Positions 38,092-48,213 of a stretch of DNA of 64,000 nt are shown one piece after another. The notes below the pieces were generated by a model. That model saw only the letters and a list, made by a program, of their open reading frames with translations. It made no database searches and was not told where the DNA came from. The position numbers and the translations under genes were made by a program. Within the stretch, counting starts at the first letter, position 1, and the number at the start of each line of letters is the position of its first letter. Source of the stretch: Armatimonadota bacterium (GTDB taxonomy: Bacteria; Armatimonadota; UBA5829; DTLH01); contig JBDKUN010000059.1 in assembly GCA_039679675.1 (NCBI GenBank), positions 32,001-96,000 of the forward strand, read 5' to 3'.

Positions 38092-39657
38092 ATGATGCAA
38101 AAGATCATTCGCAATGAGGCTTACATCGATACAATCCTAAACTCTATTCAGACTGCTGTCATTACCATAGATGCAGAGACTCACAGAATCGTTGATGTCA
38201 ATCCTGCCGCCGTAGAGATGATTCAGACTCCTATAGAATCTATAATTGGGTCCGAATGTCATAAATTCATCTGTCCGGCAGAAAAAGGCAAGTGCCCGGT
38301 AACAGATTTGGGACATACTATAGACCGCTTATCAGAGCGCGTCTGTCTGAAGTCCGACGGGACCCAAATTCCCATCCTGAAAACAGTTGTGCCCGTCGTA
38401 ATGGATGGACACAAATATCTGATCGAGAACTTTATAGACATTTCAGAGCAAAAAGAGGCTGAAAATAAGATGCGGCTCGCCAAGGAAGCAGCTGAAGCCG
38501 CTAATAAGGCCAAAAGCGAGTTCCTCGCTAACATGAGCCATGAAATCCGCACCCCCATGAACGCTATCATCGGTATGACTTACCTGGCCTTGGGTACTGA
38601 ACTTAACGATGAACAGCGTGAGTATCTCGAAGATGTACGAATATCGGCAGATTCGCTTCTGTCTCTATTGAATGACATCCTAGACTTTTCTAAGATCGAA
38701 GCCATGAAGATCGAGATAAACCCAACTGAGTTCTCTCTCTGCGATACGCTTAAGAATATCATCTCTAATCTTACTGTAAAGGCTCATGAGAAGGGTCTGG
38801 AATTGTCGTGCAGGATTTCTCCCGATGTGCCGAACCATATTATTGGAGACTCTCTGCGTCTCAGGCAAGTTCTAGTAAACTTTATTGATAACGGCATCAA
38901 ATTCACCGAACACGGCAAAGTAAATATAGATGTAGAAATCGAATCCACATCCAGTGATGAGATAATTCTTCATTTCGCGGTATCAGACGACGGTATCGGA
39001 ATATCTCCTGATAAACATAACCGAATATTCCTTGCATTCGAACAGGCTGACAGCTCCACAACGAGAAAATACGGCGGTACAGGGCTTGGCCTTGCCATAG
39101 CATCCAATTTGATACGGATGATGGGCGGACGTGTATGGCTGGAAAGCACTCCCGGAAGCGGCTCCACATTCCATTTCACATCCATATTCAAATTGCCGTA
39201 TGATAATCCACAAGCTGCAAAGCCTGCCGTCAGTATAAATAATGCTGCACCCATTCCCAATCGCAGTCTTCGAATCCTTTTAGCTGAAGACAACATAATT
39301 AATCAAAGGCTTGCTAAGGGCCTACTGGAAAAACGCGGCCATTCAGTAACTATTGCAGGGAACGGACAGGAAGCGCTTATCCTTTTAGGCAGCGGAGAGT
39401 TTGACCTGGTCCTTATGGATGTTCAGATGCCGGTAATGGATGGGTTTGAAGCAACCGCGCACATTCGCTCCAGTGAAAAAGACACCGGCAAACATATGCC
39501 TATAGTTGCAATGACTGCCAATGCGATGAAAGGTGACAAGGAACGTTGTCTGGAAGCCGGTATGGATGCCTATACCTCAAAGCCTATTGAAGCAGCTGAG
39601 CTGATAAAAACAATAGAAGATATGACTACAACTGATACTAATTGTGCGGCTGCGTAG
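38092..39657 (+). CDS. Cytoplasmic hybrid sensor kinase (PAS-HisKA-HATPase-REC)
   Basis: [50 protein letters not shown]. Confidence 0.94.
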   Translation: MMQKIIRNEAYIDTILNSIQTAVITIDAETHRIVDVNPAAVEMIQTPIESIIGSECHKFICPAEKGKCPVTDLGHTIDRLSERVCLKSDGTQIPILKTVVPVVMDGHKYLIENFIDISEQKEAENKMRLAKEAAEAANKAKSEFLANMSHEIRTPMNAIIGMTYLALGTELNDEQREYLEDVRISADSLLSLLNDILDFSKIEAMKIEINPTEFSLCDTLKNIISNLTVKAHEKGLELSCRISPDVPNHIIGDSLRLRQVLVNFIDNGIKFTEHGKVNIDVEIESTSSDEIILHFAVSDDGIGISPDKHNRIFLAFEQADSSTTRKYGGTGLGLAIASNLIRMMGGRVWLESTPGSGSTFHFTSIFKLPYDNPQAAKPAVSINNAAPIPNRSLRILLAEDNIINQRLAKGLLEKRGHSVTIAGNGQEALILLGSGEFDLVLMDVQMPVMDGFEATAHIRSSEKDTGKHMPIVAMTANAMKGDKERCLEAGMDAYTSKPIEAAELIKTIEDMTTTDTNCAAA

Positions 39658-39686
39658 TTTCGAATATTTGGGGAATAGAGAAACTA

Positions 39687-39720
39687 CATGCTTCGGGACG
39701 GTAATTCGTCCCGAAGCATG
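39687..39720. repeat. REP-like palindrome, family TGCTTCGGG..CCCGAAGCA
   Basis: catgcttcgggacg-gtaatt-cgtcccgaagcatg. Confidence 0.7.
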
Positions 39721-39732
39721 AATTATTTATTC

Positions 39733-40590
39733 TTATTCGGATGGCTGCGGTACTTGTATTATTTTGATAACCTCAGGATCCATAAAGTCTATTCCTGCTG
39801 CCAATGTACTAAGAGCATCGCTCGGAAGGCTGACTGCCAACTGCGGATTATGTGGACCACGCAAATACAATGTCTTTTCTTTTGCATCATAGCTCGATAC
39901 GGACAGGCTGCGGGTTCCCCCGTCGAAGAGTTGAGCATACTTCGTGAGCGTTTCCTCATTTGGCTCGACTAATGTTACTACACAGGGCCGCTTCGGATGC
40001 CCGTTCTGGTTGAAATCTTTGATCAGCCTTGTTATCCCATCCGCAAGCGCTTTACCATTTTCCTGCTGATTATCGTAAATCACCCAGTTGCCGGTACCGA
40101 CGTACTGCCGGAAATCCGCTTTTCCATAGCTGAGTTTAGCTGTGACTGGATCATAACCTCCGCTCCGCTTGCTGACTGCAAGAGAGAAGATATTTATCAG
40201 ATTATCCGGTTTCCCAAAGGAAAATCCGTTAGCTATTGATTTGTTCATCTCCGGTTTTGCTACGAATGTCTGCCGGCCGCCTAGCATTACTGCCCAACCA
40301 CCAGCTCTTGGCGTGATCGCAGCTTTGAACGCTGCCGGATCGGTCTCGGCAAATGCCAGCGTATGCGAATATATAGCTTCAATATCCGATTTAGCCTGTT
40401 TGAAACTGCCGGTCATTGCATTGAAGTCCGGTTTCTGGGCAACAACTGAAGCACTCAACAAAAGAACCACAAAAAGCAATCCAATTCCGATACAGATAGT
40501 TTTAAGTCTCAAAAGATAACCTCCGTCCGCCGGAAAGCCCGGATAATAACTATATTTATATGACTCAGCTTTACTCGCATTATTGCTCAT
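39733..40590 (-). CDS. Hypothetical exported protein
   Basis: Long ORF with hydrophobic segment ending ASVVA-Q; start position uncertain. Confidence 0.65.
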   Translation of the reverse strand: MSNNASKAESYKYSYYPGFPADGGYLLRLKTICIGIGLLFVVLLLSASVVAQKPDFNAMTGSFKQAKSDIEAIYSHTLAFAETDPAAFKAAITPRAGGWAVMLGGRQTFVAKPEMNKSIANGFSFGKPDNLINIFSLAVSKRSGGYDPVTAKLSYGKADFRQYVGTGNWVIYDNQQENGKALADGITRLIKDFNQNGHPKRPCVVTLVEPNEETLTKYAQLFDGGTRSLSVSSYDAKEKTLYLRGPHNPQLAVSLPSDALSTLAAGIDFMDPEVIKIIQVPQPSE

Positions 40591-40686
40591 GCTGCAAATT
40601 CTTGACTCTGATACCTATCTGAAGGGATAATCTTTAAAAGATACACGATATGAATTATCCAACTTTACAGAAAAGGGATTTCACCT

Positions 40687-41796
40687 ATGTTCACCCATAA
40701 GCTGACTGACGATGCCGAACTGAGACTGATTGAACCGAGAAATGCTGAGGAATTGTTCTTACAGATAGACCGGAACCGTGAGCGTCTCAGCCAGTGGATG
40801 ACCTTCGTCGACAAGGCAGGATCTGTAGATGCAGAACGAGTTTTCGCCAAAAGAGGATTGCATCAATTTGCAGACGGTGAAGGCTTCCACTGCGATATTA
40901 TGCTTAAAGGGAAGATTGTGGGCGGCATCGGAATGATGCCAGTGAACGTTTGGAATCGTTCGACTGAGCTTGGTTACTGGCTGGATGCTGATGCGGAAGG
41001 GAAAGGGCTTGTCACAGCATCCTGCAGGGCTCTTCTGGACCACTGCTTCAACGAGATGAATATAAATCGTGTTACACTCAGAACAGCCTCAGGAAACACT
41101 CGCAGCCAGGCAGTTGCGAAACGCCTTGGCGCCGTTCATGAGTCAACACAACGGCAATCAGCAATACTTCAGAACAAATTGGTTGACATAGAAGTCTTTT
41201 CCATACTCAAGAACGAATGGCCTGCAGGTTCTCCTACAGGTCGCGCATTCTTCACGTATAGACTGGACGATAAAACGGAATTAGGGCTCCTTGAACCGAT
41301 CCATTCGAAGGCTGTTTTCGATCTTGTTGACCGCAATCGTGAACACTTGCGCCGCTGGTTTTCTTGGGTGGACGAAACGCAATCAGAAGACGACGCGCTG
41401 GCTACCCGCAAGAAGCAGCTTCATAATTTTGCTAAAAATGGCTCGATGGCAGCAGGTATCTGGCACTTTGGGAGTCTCGCGGGGCTCATCGGGTTTCATA
41501 CCCACAATGCCAAATGTATGGAGATCGGCTACTGGCTTAGTGAAGAGCACCAAGGCAAGGGGCTTGCCATCTCATCATGCAAGCAACTGATCCGTTATGC
41601 ATTCGAAGACCTTCATATAAACCGCATCGAGATACGCGCTGAGCCGGGTAATTCCCGCAGTTGGGCCATACCAAGACGGCTTGGATTCACCTATGAGGGA
41701 ACACTCAGGCAGGCAAGCGTAAGTTCTGATGGAAGCATGGCTGACATGATGGTGTTCTCACTGCTCAAGGATGAATGGGATACCCGACTCGATTAA
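40687..41796 (+). CDS. Tandem double GNAT acetyltransferase (RimJ/RimL-type)
   Basis: Two homologous halves, each with NRE.L..W, E(L/I)GYWL....GKGL, NR..(L/I)R..GN.RS. Confidence 0.9.
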   Translation: MFTHKLTDDAELRLIEPRNAEELFLQIDRNRERLSQWMTFVDKAGSVDAERVFAKRGLHQFADGEGFHCDIMLKGKIVGGIGMMPVNVWNRSTELGYWLDADAEGKGLVTASCRALLDHCFNEMNINRVTLRTASGNTRSQAVAKRLGAVHESTQRQSAILQNKLVDIEVFSILKNEWPAGSPTGRAFFTYRLDDKTELGLLEPIHSKAVFDLVDRNREHLRRWFSWVDETQSEDDALATRKKQLHNFAKNGSMAAGIWHFGSLAGLIGFHTHNAKCMEIGYWLSEEHQGKGLAISSCKQLIRYAFEDLHINRIEIRAEPGNSRSWAIPRRLGFTYEGTLRQASVSSDGSMADMMVFSLLKDEWDTRLD

Positions 41797-41831
41797 TGCG
41801 GGATTTGTTAATAAAAACGAGCAGGCAGCGG

Positions 41832-41860
41832 TTGACTCAGTATAGCTGGTATGCTATACT
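41832..41860 (+). promoter_or_regulatory. tRNA-Gln promoter
   Basis: TTGACT-N17-TATACT. Confidence 0.7.
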
Positions 41861-41876
41861 ATGTCGTTACACGCGT

Positions 41877-41952
41877 TGCGGGGTAGTTTAGTTGGCAGAA
41901 CGCCTGACTCTGGATCAGGAGGTCCTAGGTTCGAGTCCTAGCCCCGCAGCCA
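41877..41952 (+). tRNA. tRNA-Gln(CTG)
   Basis: TGCGGGG/CCCCGCA acceptor (U1-A72), cctga-CTCTGGA-tcagg anticodon arm, GGTTCGAGTCC, encoded CCA. Confidence 0.96.
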
Positions 41953-42158
41953 ACAATTTTATATACGCTTTACTGACTTTCTAGCACAATCAACTCCGTC
42001 ACTCCATTTACCCATTGTCCTCTCTATTAATCCATTAACAAAGGATTATTCTATAATAATGCAAAAGTAGTTAATAATTCGCTATTATCAGCAATGCAAT
42101 AGGCACAACCAGGACTTAACGAGACCTTTATTGTCCATAGTGCACTGTAATCGGAGGC

Positions 42159-42956
42159 ATGATAAGTATGACAGCAACAGATATTGCAGCATATATTGGG
42201 GCTGCAGCATGGCTACCTCCCATCGCCTATGGGATTTACAGATGGTTAACAAAACCTATTGTCCAAATTGCGCCAGAAATGCAATTTGAGCTTGGATTCA
42301 CTAATTTGGGGCCAATATTCAATATTAGGCTTGCATTATCAGCCTCAAAAATGGATACAATCATCGATAGGATTTGGGTAGAACTCCATCACGAAGGTGG
42401 TGATACACATCGTCTTGCTTGGACTGGTATGCGAGAAACATTCAGTGAGATAACTGACTCGGCTGGAAACAAGCAACGGGTAGAGAAAGATCAACCTGCA
42501 ATTGCCTTGAAACTGGCAACTCCTCTATTAACGGAAAAAATTATACGCTTCCAGGACTTGGACTTCCATAGTAGATTAAGGCCAATTTTGGGTGCTCTAA
42601 TAGAACATGAAGCATATCTAAAATCGCAAAATGACGATTATCAACAAATCATAATGGCATCAGCGCAAATGTTTAAATTCCTGGAGTTTTACAGAAGTAG
42701 TTTCTGGTGGAAAACCGGTAAATACATTATCCAGTTTGTAATCGAAAGTAGAGATAATGCCATACTTAAGAAGGAAGCTTTCAGTTTTGAGTTGGAGCAA
42801 TATGATGTCGATGCTCTTCAACAAAACGTAAACCTTGTTAAAGTTAATATTGAGAATGCAGTAAAATCCTCGCAACCAGATTTTGAGCCATACAATGTGT
42901 CTTGGGCGTGGCGGATTATTCCACTAGTGAAGAGTGAAGACTCACAAAGCGCATAA
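42159..42956 (+). CDS. Hypothetical protein with N-terminal TM helix, AT-rich
   Basis: 265-aa ORF with GGAGG RBS. Confidence 0.7.
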   Translation: MISMTATDIAAYIGAAAWLPPIAYGIYRWLTKPIVQIAPEMQFELGFTNLGPIFNIRLALSASKMDTIIDRIWVELHHEGGDTHRLAWTGMRETFSEITDSAGNKQRVEKDQPAIALKLATPLLTEKIIRFQDLDFHSRLRPILGALIEHEAYLKSQNDDYQQIIMASAQMFKFLEFYRSSFWWKTGKYIIQFVIESRDNAILKKEAFSFELEQYDVDALQQNVNLVKVNIENAVKSSQPDFEPYNVSWAWRIIPLVKSEDSQSA

Positions 42957-43044
42957 ATAATCGTGATTTTGGGATCCTTCGGTACGCTTTTTTGCACCTT
43001 TTCGCCGAAGTGGACTTTCTGTATTAGTAATAACTCGTGCTTCT

Positions 43045-43152
43045 CCATGTGGTCCAGTGGGACCACATGGTATGTAGGACGAACTTGCGTTCCCGAAGTA
43101 TTGGGTTCTCGACACCTGCGGTGAATGCTTCGGCAGCAAGCAGTCCGAAGCA
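43045..43152. repeat. Cluster of palindromes including degenerate TGCTTCGG..CCGAAGCA copies
   Basis: ccatgtggtcc-agtg-ggaccacatgg; gcgttcccgaagta; atgcttcgg..ccgaagca. Confidence 0.55.
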
Positions 43153-43328
43153 AGGTTTCCATTTGCAATATCCGTCAAATCCACGTCTCCGCGTTTCAGA
43201 AACTGACTGTTGACGGCTAATAGCTGATACTATCTCCACCTAAAGACCTCCCAATGCTCCTCCAATAATACTAGTAGTTTCACTTGGAAAATATGGATAT
43301 TATCCAGAGAAAGAATAAGGAGTAGTAT

Positions 43329-44366
43329 ATGGGAATACGATTCAAAGTTGCATTTTACCTTTGCCTGACGATCTTGCTTTCATTGTCATTAACCGGTTGC
43401 GGCGGCGGCAGTTCATCGTCCTCTACTGGTATCGGTGTTGAAGCAGTCGGCACACTGACCAGTGATAGAAGCCGGGCACTGGACCCTGCTATATGCACTC
43501 AATTCAACCCAAACTATCCTGACTGCTACCAAATACCGAGAAGTTATCAGGTCGCGGTGTCGAAGCTGGAACTTCTTAAGGGCGAAAATGATACAACGCC
43601 GTACGTCGTATTCGACAAAGGCGGAGTGGATAATGCTGAGCTCATCGATCTTACTGCCGGAAGCGCATCCCTCGGTGCAAACAATGAATATCCGGCAACC
43701 GGCACATATACACATGTCCGCATGACCCTGGCATATTCTCAGTTTGAGATCAAGATCGATCTCGGCGGTAACAGCACCTATGACTACCGCAAGTTCAGGT
43801 TGTACACAAGCACTGTCGGTAACGTCCATGACGGCGACCTGATCATGCAGGATAACAACGACTGGTGCTGGATGGTCGGCAGTGAAGCAGGTCTTTCTCT
43901 GCCTTCTACAACAGGTGATAGACCGGAACAAGTCGTCGCTCAGACATTCGAGACTTCTCTAGGCAAGATCACCGAAGATAACATCATTCACGATTTCTTC
44001 TTCTCGAAAGATACATCGGACTCTCCTGACCCTTATATCCAGGTCATACAGCTAACTTCGCCTATAGTCGTCCCAGCGAACCCGACAGGCAAGTTCAGCA
44101 TCAATGTGAACTTCGATATCACCAAAAGCCCACTTATTTCTGGCTCCACGGGGACTTTCTTCTGGGATGATGTCCAAAACGATGACCACCCTAGCGGTGA
44201 CGGCATTTTCAGACCCGGCAGAAGCTGGGGACAGACCGATGCAGGCAGCGAGACAGGTACCAGCGGTGATCAGACTCCGCAGCTTGCACCCGCGTATGAT
44301 TCCTTCGGGACTCCGTTCTGGTGTCCGCTCCCGCCCACCGTTTCGGTGAGTCTGCAATCAGACTAG
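43329..44366 (+). CDS. Putative lipoprotein
   Basis: LTGC lipobox followed by GGGSSSSS linker; AAGGAG RBS. Confidence 0.78.
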   Translation: MGIRFKVAFYLCLTILLSLSLTGCGGGSSSSSTGIGVEAVGTLTSDRSRALDPAICTQFNPNYPDCYQIPRSYQVAVSKLELLKGENDTTPYVVFDKGGVDNAELIDLTAGSASLGANNEYPATGTYTHVRMTLAYSQFEIKIDLGGNSTYDYRKFRLYTSTVGNVHDGDLIMQDNNDWCWMVGSEAGLSLPSTTGDRPEQVVAQTFETSLGKITEDNIIHDFFFSKDTSDSPDPYIQVIQLTSPIVVPANPTGKFSINVNFDITKSPLISGSTGTFFWDDVQNDDHPSGDGIFRPGRSWGQTDAGSETGTSGDQTPQLAPAYDSFGTPFWCPLPPTVSVSLQSD

Positions 44367-44538
44367 AAGCAATACCTTTTCAAAGATGCGCCGATGCCAA
44401 TTAACCTGCACCGGCGCATCCCATACCCCTCTCCAATGCACCAATTCTTGTTCTCTTCTCCCGATCTGTTGCCTCCACGCTTGACATAGCAGCTTCGCTG
44501 GGGGAAAATAGACTCTGCCATATTATGATTATTGCGAG

Positions 44539-47382
44539 ATGACAAACTATATGACTGATTATCTTAAAAACGCGACAAATATCCACGGCCCTGTTCCATT
44601 CTGGTTTATCAATGGGCACATAACCCAAGATGAAATATCTTCTGAATTCGATGAAATGCGCTCCAAGGGCATGTTTGAAGTAATTGTCCATCCCCGTTAT
44701 GGATTGACTGTAGATTACCTTTCTGAAGACTGGTTCCGTATCTTCGGCTGGTGCGTCGAGGAAGCAAAAGCCAGAGATATGCATCTCTGGATCTATGACG
44801 AGCTGAACTGGCCGAGCGGCACTGCAGGAATGACCGTACAGCTTGCAGACCCGCAGTTTATGGGGAAATATCTGGCCGTTAGCGCAGTCCCTAAGGCCGA
44901 GATCGACCTTGCTGCTTTTGAGCCGGGACAATTTCTGATGGCAGCTAAAATGCAGAGCGGAAGAATCACGAAAACCAAGATGCTCGCTGACCGCCATGCC
45001 ATCAAACTACTGGATGATACATGGCATATCTTCAATTGCCATATCAAGCGGGATAAATATTACATAGACACGCTTTCAAAAGCCGCCGTAGACTTCTTCA
45101 AAGAACGCACCCACGAGGAATATTTCAAACGCTTCGGCGATGAGTTCGGCAAAACGATCCGTGCCGCTTTTACTGACGAGCCGAGCATCTACTGGGTCTC
45201 CGTTGGTTACGACGACTGGAACCTTCCTTACACAGAGAAACTTTTCCAATCTTTTGAGGATAAATACCACTACTCGGCGATAGGTAATATACCTTACCTG
45301 TTCTTCCCAGGTGACGACGCGCCATCATTCAGAGCTGATTTCTGGGAGCATGTAGCTTACCTGTTCAATACCAACTATCACGGTAATCTCGCACAGTGGA
45401 GCAGGGAGCATAATCTCATCTATACCGGGCACAATAACTGTGAAGAGCCGCTCAGGTATCAGATCAGGTTCGAAGGCGATATGTTCGGCACTATGAAGAC
45501 AATGGACATTCCCGGTGTAGACCATCTCCGCAAAGCTACACTCGGCAACTCGTTCATCTCGGTAATCGGGCACAAAATCGCATCCTCCCAAGCACATGCC
45601 GCCGGTAAACCGCGCGTCATGTCTGAATCGTTCGGTATTACAGACTGGGATGTGCATTTCATTGATCTCAAGAAAATCGTCGATTGGCAGTTTGCTCTCG
45701 GCGTGAACCTGCTTGTCCCGCACGCACTTTTCCACACTGTAGCCGGACCAATGAAGAGGGAAAGCCCTCCATCTTTCTTCTTCCAGTCGCCCATGTGGCA
45801 GGATTTCGATGCGTTTTCGGATTATGTAGAACGGCTTTCCCAACTGCTGACCGGCGGCAGGCATATAAGCAAGATACTAATGCTCTACCCGCTGACAGGA
45901 TTGCACGCGTCGTATCAAACGGATAGAAAGACACCGGAGTTCGAGTGTATTGATAACATCCTGAACTCCATTTGTGTTGAGCTGATAAAACACCATCTCG
46001 ATTTCGACCTGGTGGACTTCCCCACCCTTTCAACTGCCGGAATGGAAAACGGCAAGCTAACTCTGGGGGATGAACAATATGATCTTTTGATCGTCCCGTA
46101 TACGCCGTATATGCGTCCTGCCGAGTATCAAGAAATCAGTGACATTGCAAAGCAGGTTGAAACGTATTTCTTCTATCGTTCCGGCGATCCGATGGAAGTA
46201 AACAACCCAAGCACCTCGAACGGCGTCAATTTCGTCACTACAGAAGACCTGCCTGCGTTCGTAATGAGGCTCAGGCACTCTATTGACGACGGCATACACC
46301 TCCTGGGCGATGACAGGGAAGACATTATGCTCCTTCAGCGGCAGAAAGACGGTAAAAACATCGCTTTTATGATCAACAGATGCGAGAATCCGCGCGATAT
46401 TACCGCCAGGTTTACCGGAAACGTCGGACTCAGGCAGATCGAGCTGGAGACAGGGGTGTCCAGGACTATAGACAGCAGCTTCGTGGACGGCAAGACCGAG
46501 GCTTCGCTTCACTTTGGCCCATACCAATCATTTGTAATCACCGAGGAGGAGCCGTCTAGCCTTCAGAAAGAAGCTAAGTTGACCAAAGCATCAGAGATCA
46601 CACTGGATAAGCTCGCGTTTGAAACCAGCGAGAACGTCGCACTAATCTTTGATTTCGATTATATCCCTTCCGGGCACAGGATCGACGTCCGCAGGAACGC
46701 TAGGTGCATTCCAGTCAATTGGGTGACACCTCCTGATCCCACACGATTTGCCGGTGAATACGCCACAAGCTTTAACGTCGAAGGCGACCCTGGTGAAGTC
46801 CGATTTGTGCTCGATATCGACTACGCAGTATGCCAGGTGTACGTAAACGATGCCGAAGTGACGCTCTATCCGACACAGAAGTGGATGACTGACCCGTCAG
46901 ACCTGTCGGCAAATATCACTTCTCTCATCAAAGAGGGATTGAACACCGTCCGAGTCATCTCCCCCACCCAACTCTCGGAGCCGGTCAGGATGGTCGGGGA
47001 TTTCGATGTGTTTTTAGGCGATTCGCTTACAATAAAACCGAAAGAAGCACGTGACTCGTTCCATCTGGAAGAAAGAATGCCTTTTTACTCCGGAACAGTC
47101 GTTTACACAACGGATTTCGAGCTAAAAGAGCACAACGGCAAAGTTGAGCTTTACCTGGAAGATGTCGCAGATTCTGCAACTGTCTATGTAAACGGTGAAT
47201 GTGCAGGAAAACGACTCTGGGCTGGATATACCTTCGACATTACGAAGTTCGTAAAGTCTGGAAACAACCAACTTAAGATCGAGACACGCGGCAATCTGGC
47301 AAACACCATGATGGGCAGACGTCAACCCCAACCGTTCGGGTTGAGAGTGCAGCCGAAGGTGGTTCTGTGGGATATTGAGTAG
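44539..47382 (+). CDS. Glycoside hydrolase, GH106/alpha-L-rhamnosidase-like, with C-terminal sugar-binding domain
   Basis: PFWFING, YLSEDW, WIYDELNWPSG, FTDEP, SESFG, QFALGVN, VYVNG..GKR. Confidence 0.8.
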   Translation: MTNYMTDYLKNATNIHGPVPFWFINGHITQDEISSEFDEMRSKGMFEVIVHPRYGLTVDYLSEDWFRIFGWCVEEAKARDMHLWIYDELNWPSGTAGMTVQLADPQFMGKYLAVSAVPKAEIDLAAFEPGQFLMAAKMQSGRITKTKMLADRHAIKLLDDTWHIFNCHIKRDKYYIDTLSKAAVDFFKERTHEEYFKRFGDEFGKTIRAAFTDEPSIYWVSVGYDDWNLPYTEKLFQSFEDKYHYSAIGNIPYLFFPGDDAPSFRADFWEHVAYLFNTNYHGNLAQWSREHNLIYTGHNNCEEPLRYQIRFEGDMFGTMKTMDIPGVDHLRKATLGNSFISVIGHKIASSQAHAAGKPRVMSESFGITDWDVHFIDLKKIVDWQFALGVNLLVPHALFHTVAGPMKRESPPSFFFQSPMWQDFDAFSDYVERLSQLLTGGRHISKILMLYPLTGLHASYQTDRKTPEFECIDNILNSICVELIKHHLDFDLVDFPTLSTAGMENGKLTLGDEQYDLLIVPYTPYMRPAEYQEISDIAKQVETYFFYRSGDPMEVNNPSTSNGVNFVTTEDLPAFVMRLRHSIDDGIHLLGDDREDIMLLQRQKDGKNIAFMINRCENPRDITARFTGNVGLRQIELETGVSRTIDSSFVDGKTEASLHFGPYQSFVITEEEPSSLQKEAKLTKASEITLDKLAFETSENVALIFDFDYIPSGHRIDVRRNARCIPVNWVTPPDPTRFAGEYATSFNVEGDPGEVRFVLDIDYAVCQVYVNDAEVTLYPTQKWMTDPSDLSANITSLIKEGLNTVRVISPTQLSEPVRMVGDFDVFLGDSLTIKPKEARDSFHLEERMPFYSGTVVYTTDFELKEHNGKVELYLEDVADSATVYVNGECAGKRLWAGYTFDITKFVKSGNNQLKIETRGNLANTMMGRRQPQPFGLRVQPKVVLWDIE

Positions 47383-47473
47383 TTGAACCGCGGAGACGCG
47401 GAGGGTGGAGATTTACAGCATTTGCTTTTATGCTACGAGTCTCCACCAATCTCCTTTCGCGTCTTTCGCGCTC

Positions 47474-47497
47474 CTTCGCGTAATTCGCGATTCAGAA
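47474..47497 (+). repeat. 24-bp direct repeat, copy 1
   Basis: cttcgcgtaattcgcgattcagaa, identical to 48181..48204. Confidence 0.8.
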
Positions 47498-47499
47498 AA

Positions 47500-47528
47500 T
47501 AAAAAAGCCGGGACTCTGCACCCCGGCT
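47500..47528 (-). terminator. Terminator of the small lipoprotein gene
   Basis: agccggg...cccggct followed by T-tract on the minus strand. Confidence 0.7.
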
Positions 47529-47535
47529 GAAGCCA

Positions 47536-47955
47536 TTATTTTATCTTGTCATATACTTTATCGTAATCAGGTGAATTTGTTAAGTGGGTCTCTTCTCTTG
47601 ACCCGTACGGCCAAAGCGAATATAACTCTTTTGGAACTCTGAGAGGTGAAGGCGCATGAAATTGATCTAGTTCCAGTATATTCCTAAACTCTACTTGAAA
47701 CTGACTAGTCCCCTGCTCAAGAGTTCTCCACCTACCTCTCAACACTACCGTCTTACCATTATACGGCACATATGTCTGCACAAAAGTCCTATCACTCTTT
47801 AACTCGATAGTCTCTGTTCCGTAATCAAGAGTGATCTTGTATTTACCATACAAGTCGGATTCTTTCAGGTCTTTTGCACCATTGCTACATCCTGTCAAAA
47901 ACGTGCATAGGATGGATACCACTACAAACCACCCCAAAAGGTATTTTCGTATCAC
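47536..47955 (-). CDS. Small putative lipoprotein
   Basis: FLTGC lipobox; GAGG RBS; beta-rich LYGKY..E.IELKSD.TFVQ..GRW pattern. Confidence 0.72.
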   Translation of the reverse strand: MIRKYLLGWFVVVSILCTFLTGCSNGAKDLKESDLYGKYKITLDYGTETIELKSDRTFVQTYVPYNGKTVVLRGRWRTLEQGTSQFQVEFRNILELDQFHAPSPLRVPKELYSLWPYGSREETHLTNSPDYDKVYDKIK

Positions 47956-48029
47956 TTTATCCTCTTTTCGCCGTATGTGAGCAGATTCTATTGTATCGGG
48001 CTCAATACCAGCCTAACTCCGAAGGGTAG

Positions 48030-48154
48030 ATTTCGGGACGATGGCGTCCCGAAATAACAGCAGTTCGATGTAAAACCCCCTCATTCCGACCTCTCCCGCA
48101 AGGGGAGAAGGAGCAGTCGCCTATGCTTCGGGACCGCAGTCCGTCCCGAAGCAT
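48030..48154. repeat. REP-like cluster of three palindrome types
   Basis: atttcgggacg..cgtcccgaaat; cccctcattccgacctctcccgcaaggggagaagg; atgcttcgggac..gtcccgaagcat. Confidence 0.65.
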
Positions 48155-48180
48155 GACATCCACCAATCCCTTTTTCGATT

Positions 48181-48204
48181 CTTCGCGTAATTCGCGATTC
48201 AGAA
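48181..48204 (+). repeat. 24-bp direct repeat, copy 2
   Basis: cttcgcgtaattcgcgattcagaa. Confidence 0.8.
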
Positions 48205-48213
48205 GCCCAAGCT

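Noticed and set aside
41877..47955. Prophage/ICE integrated at tRNA-Gln
   Set aside because: No integrase, phage or conjugation genes, and no duplicated tRNA 3' end found by eye.
18728..48204. CRISPR array or integron attC array from the recurring palindromes
   Set aside because: Copies are dispersed kilobases apart with no regular spacers, and no cas or integrase gene is present.
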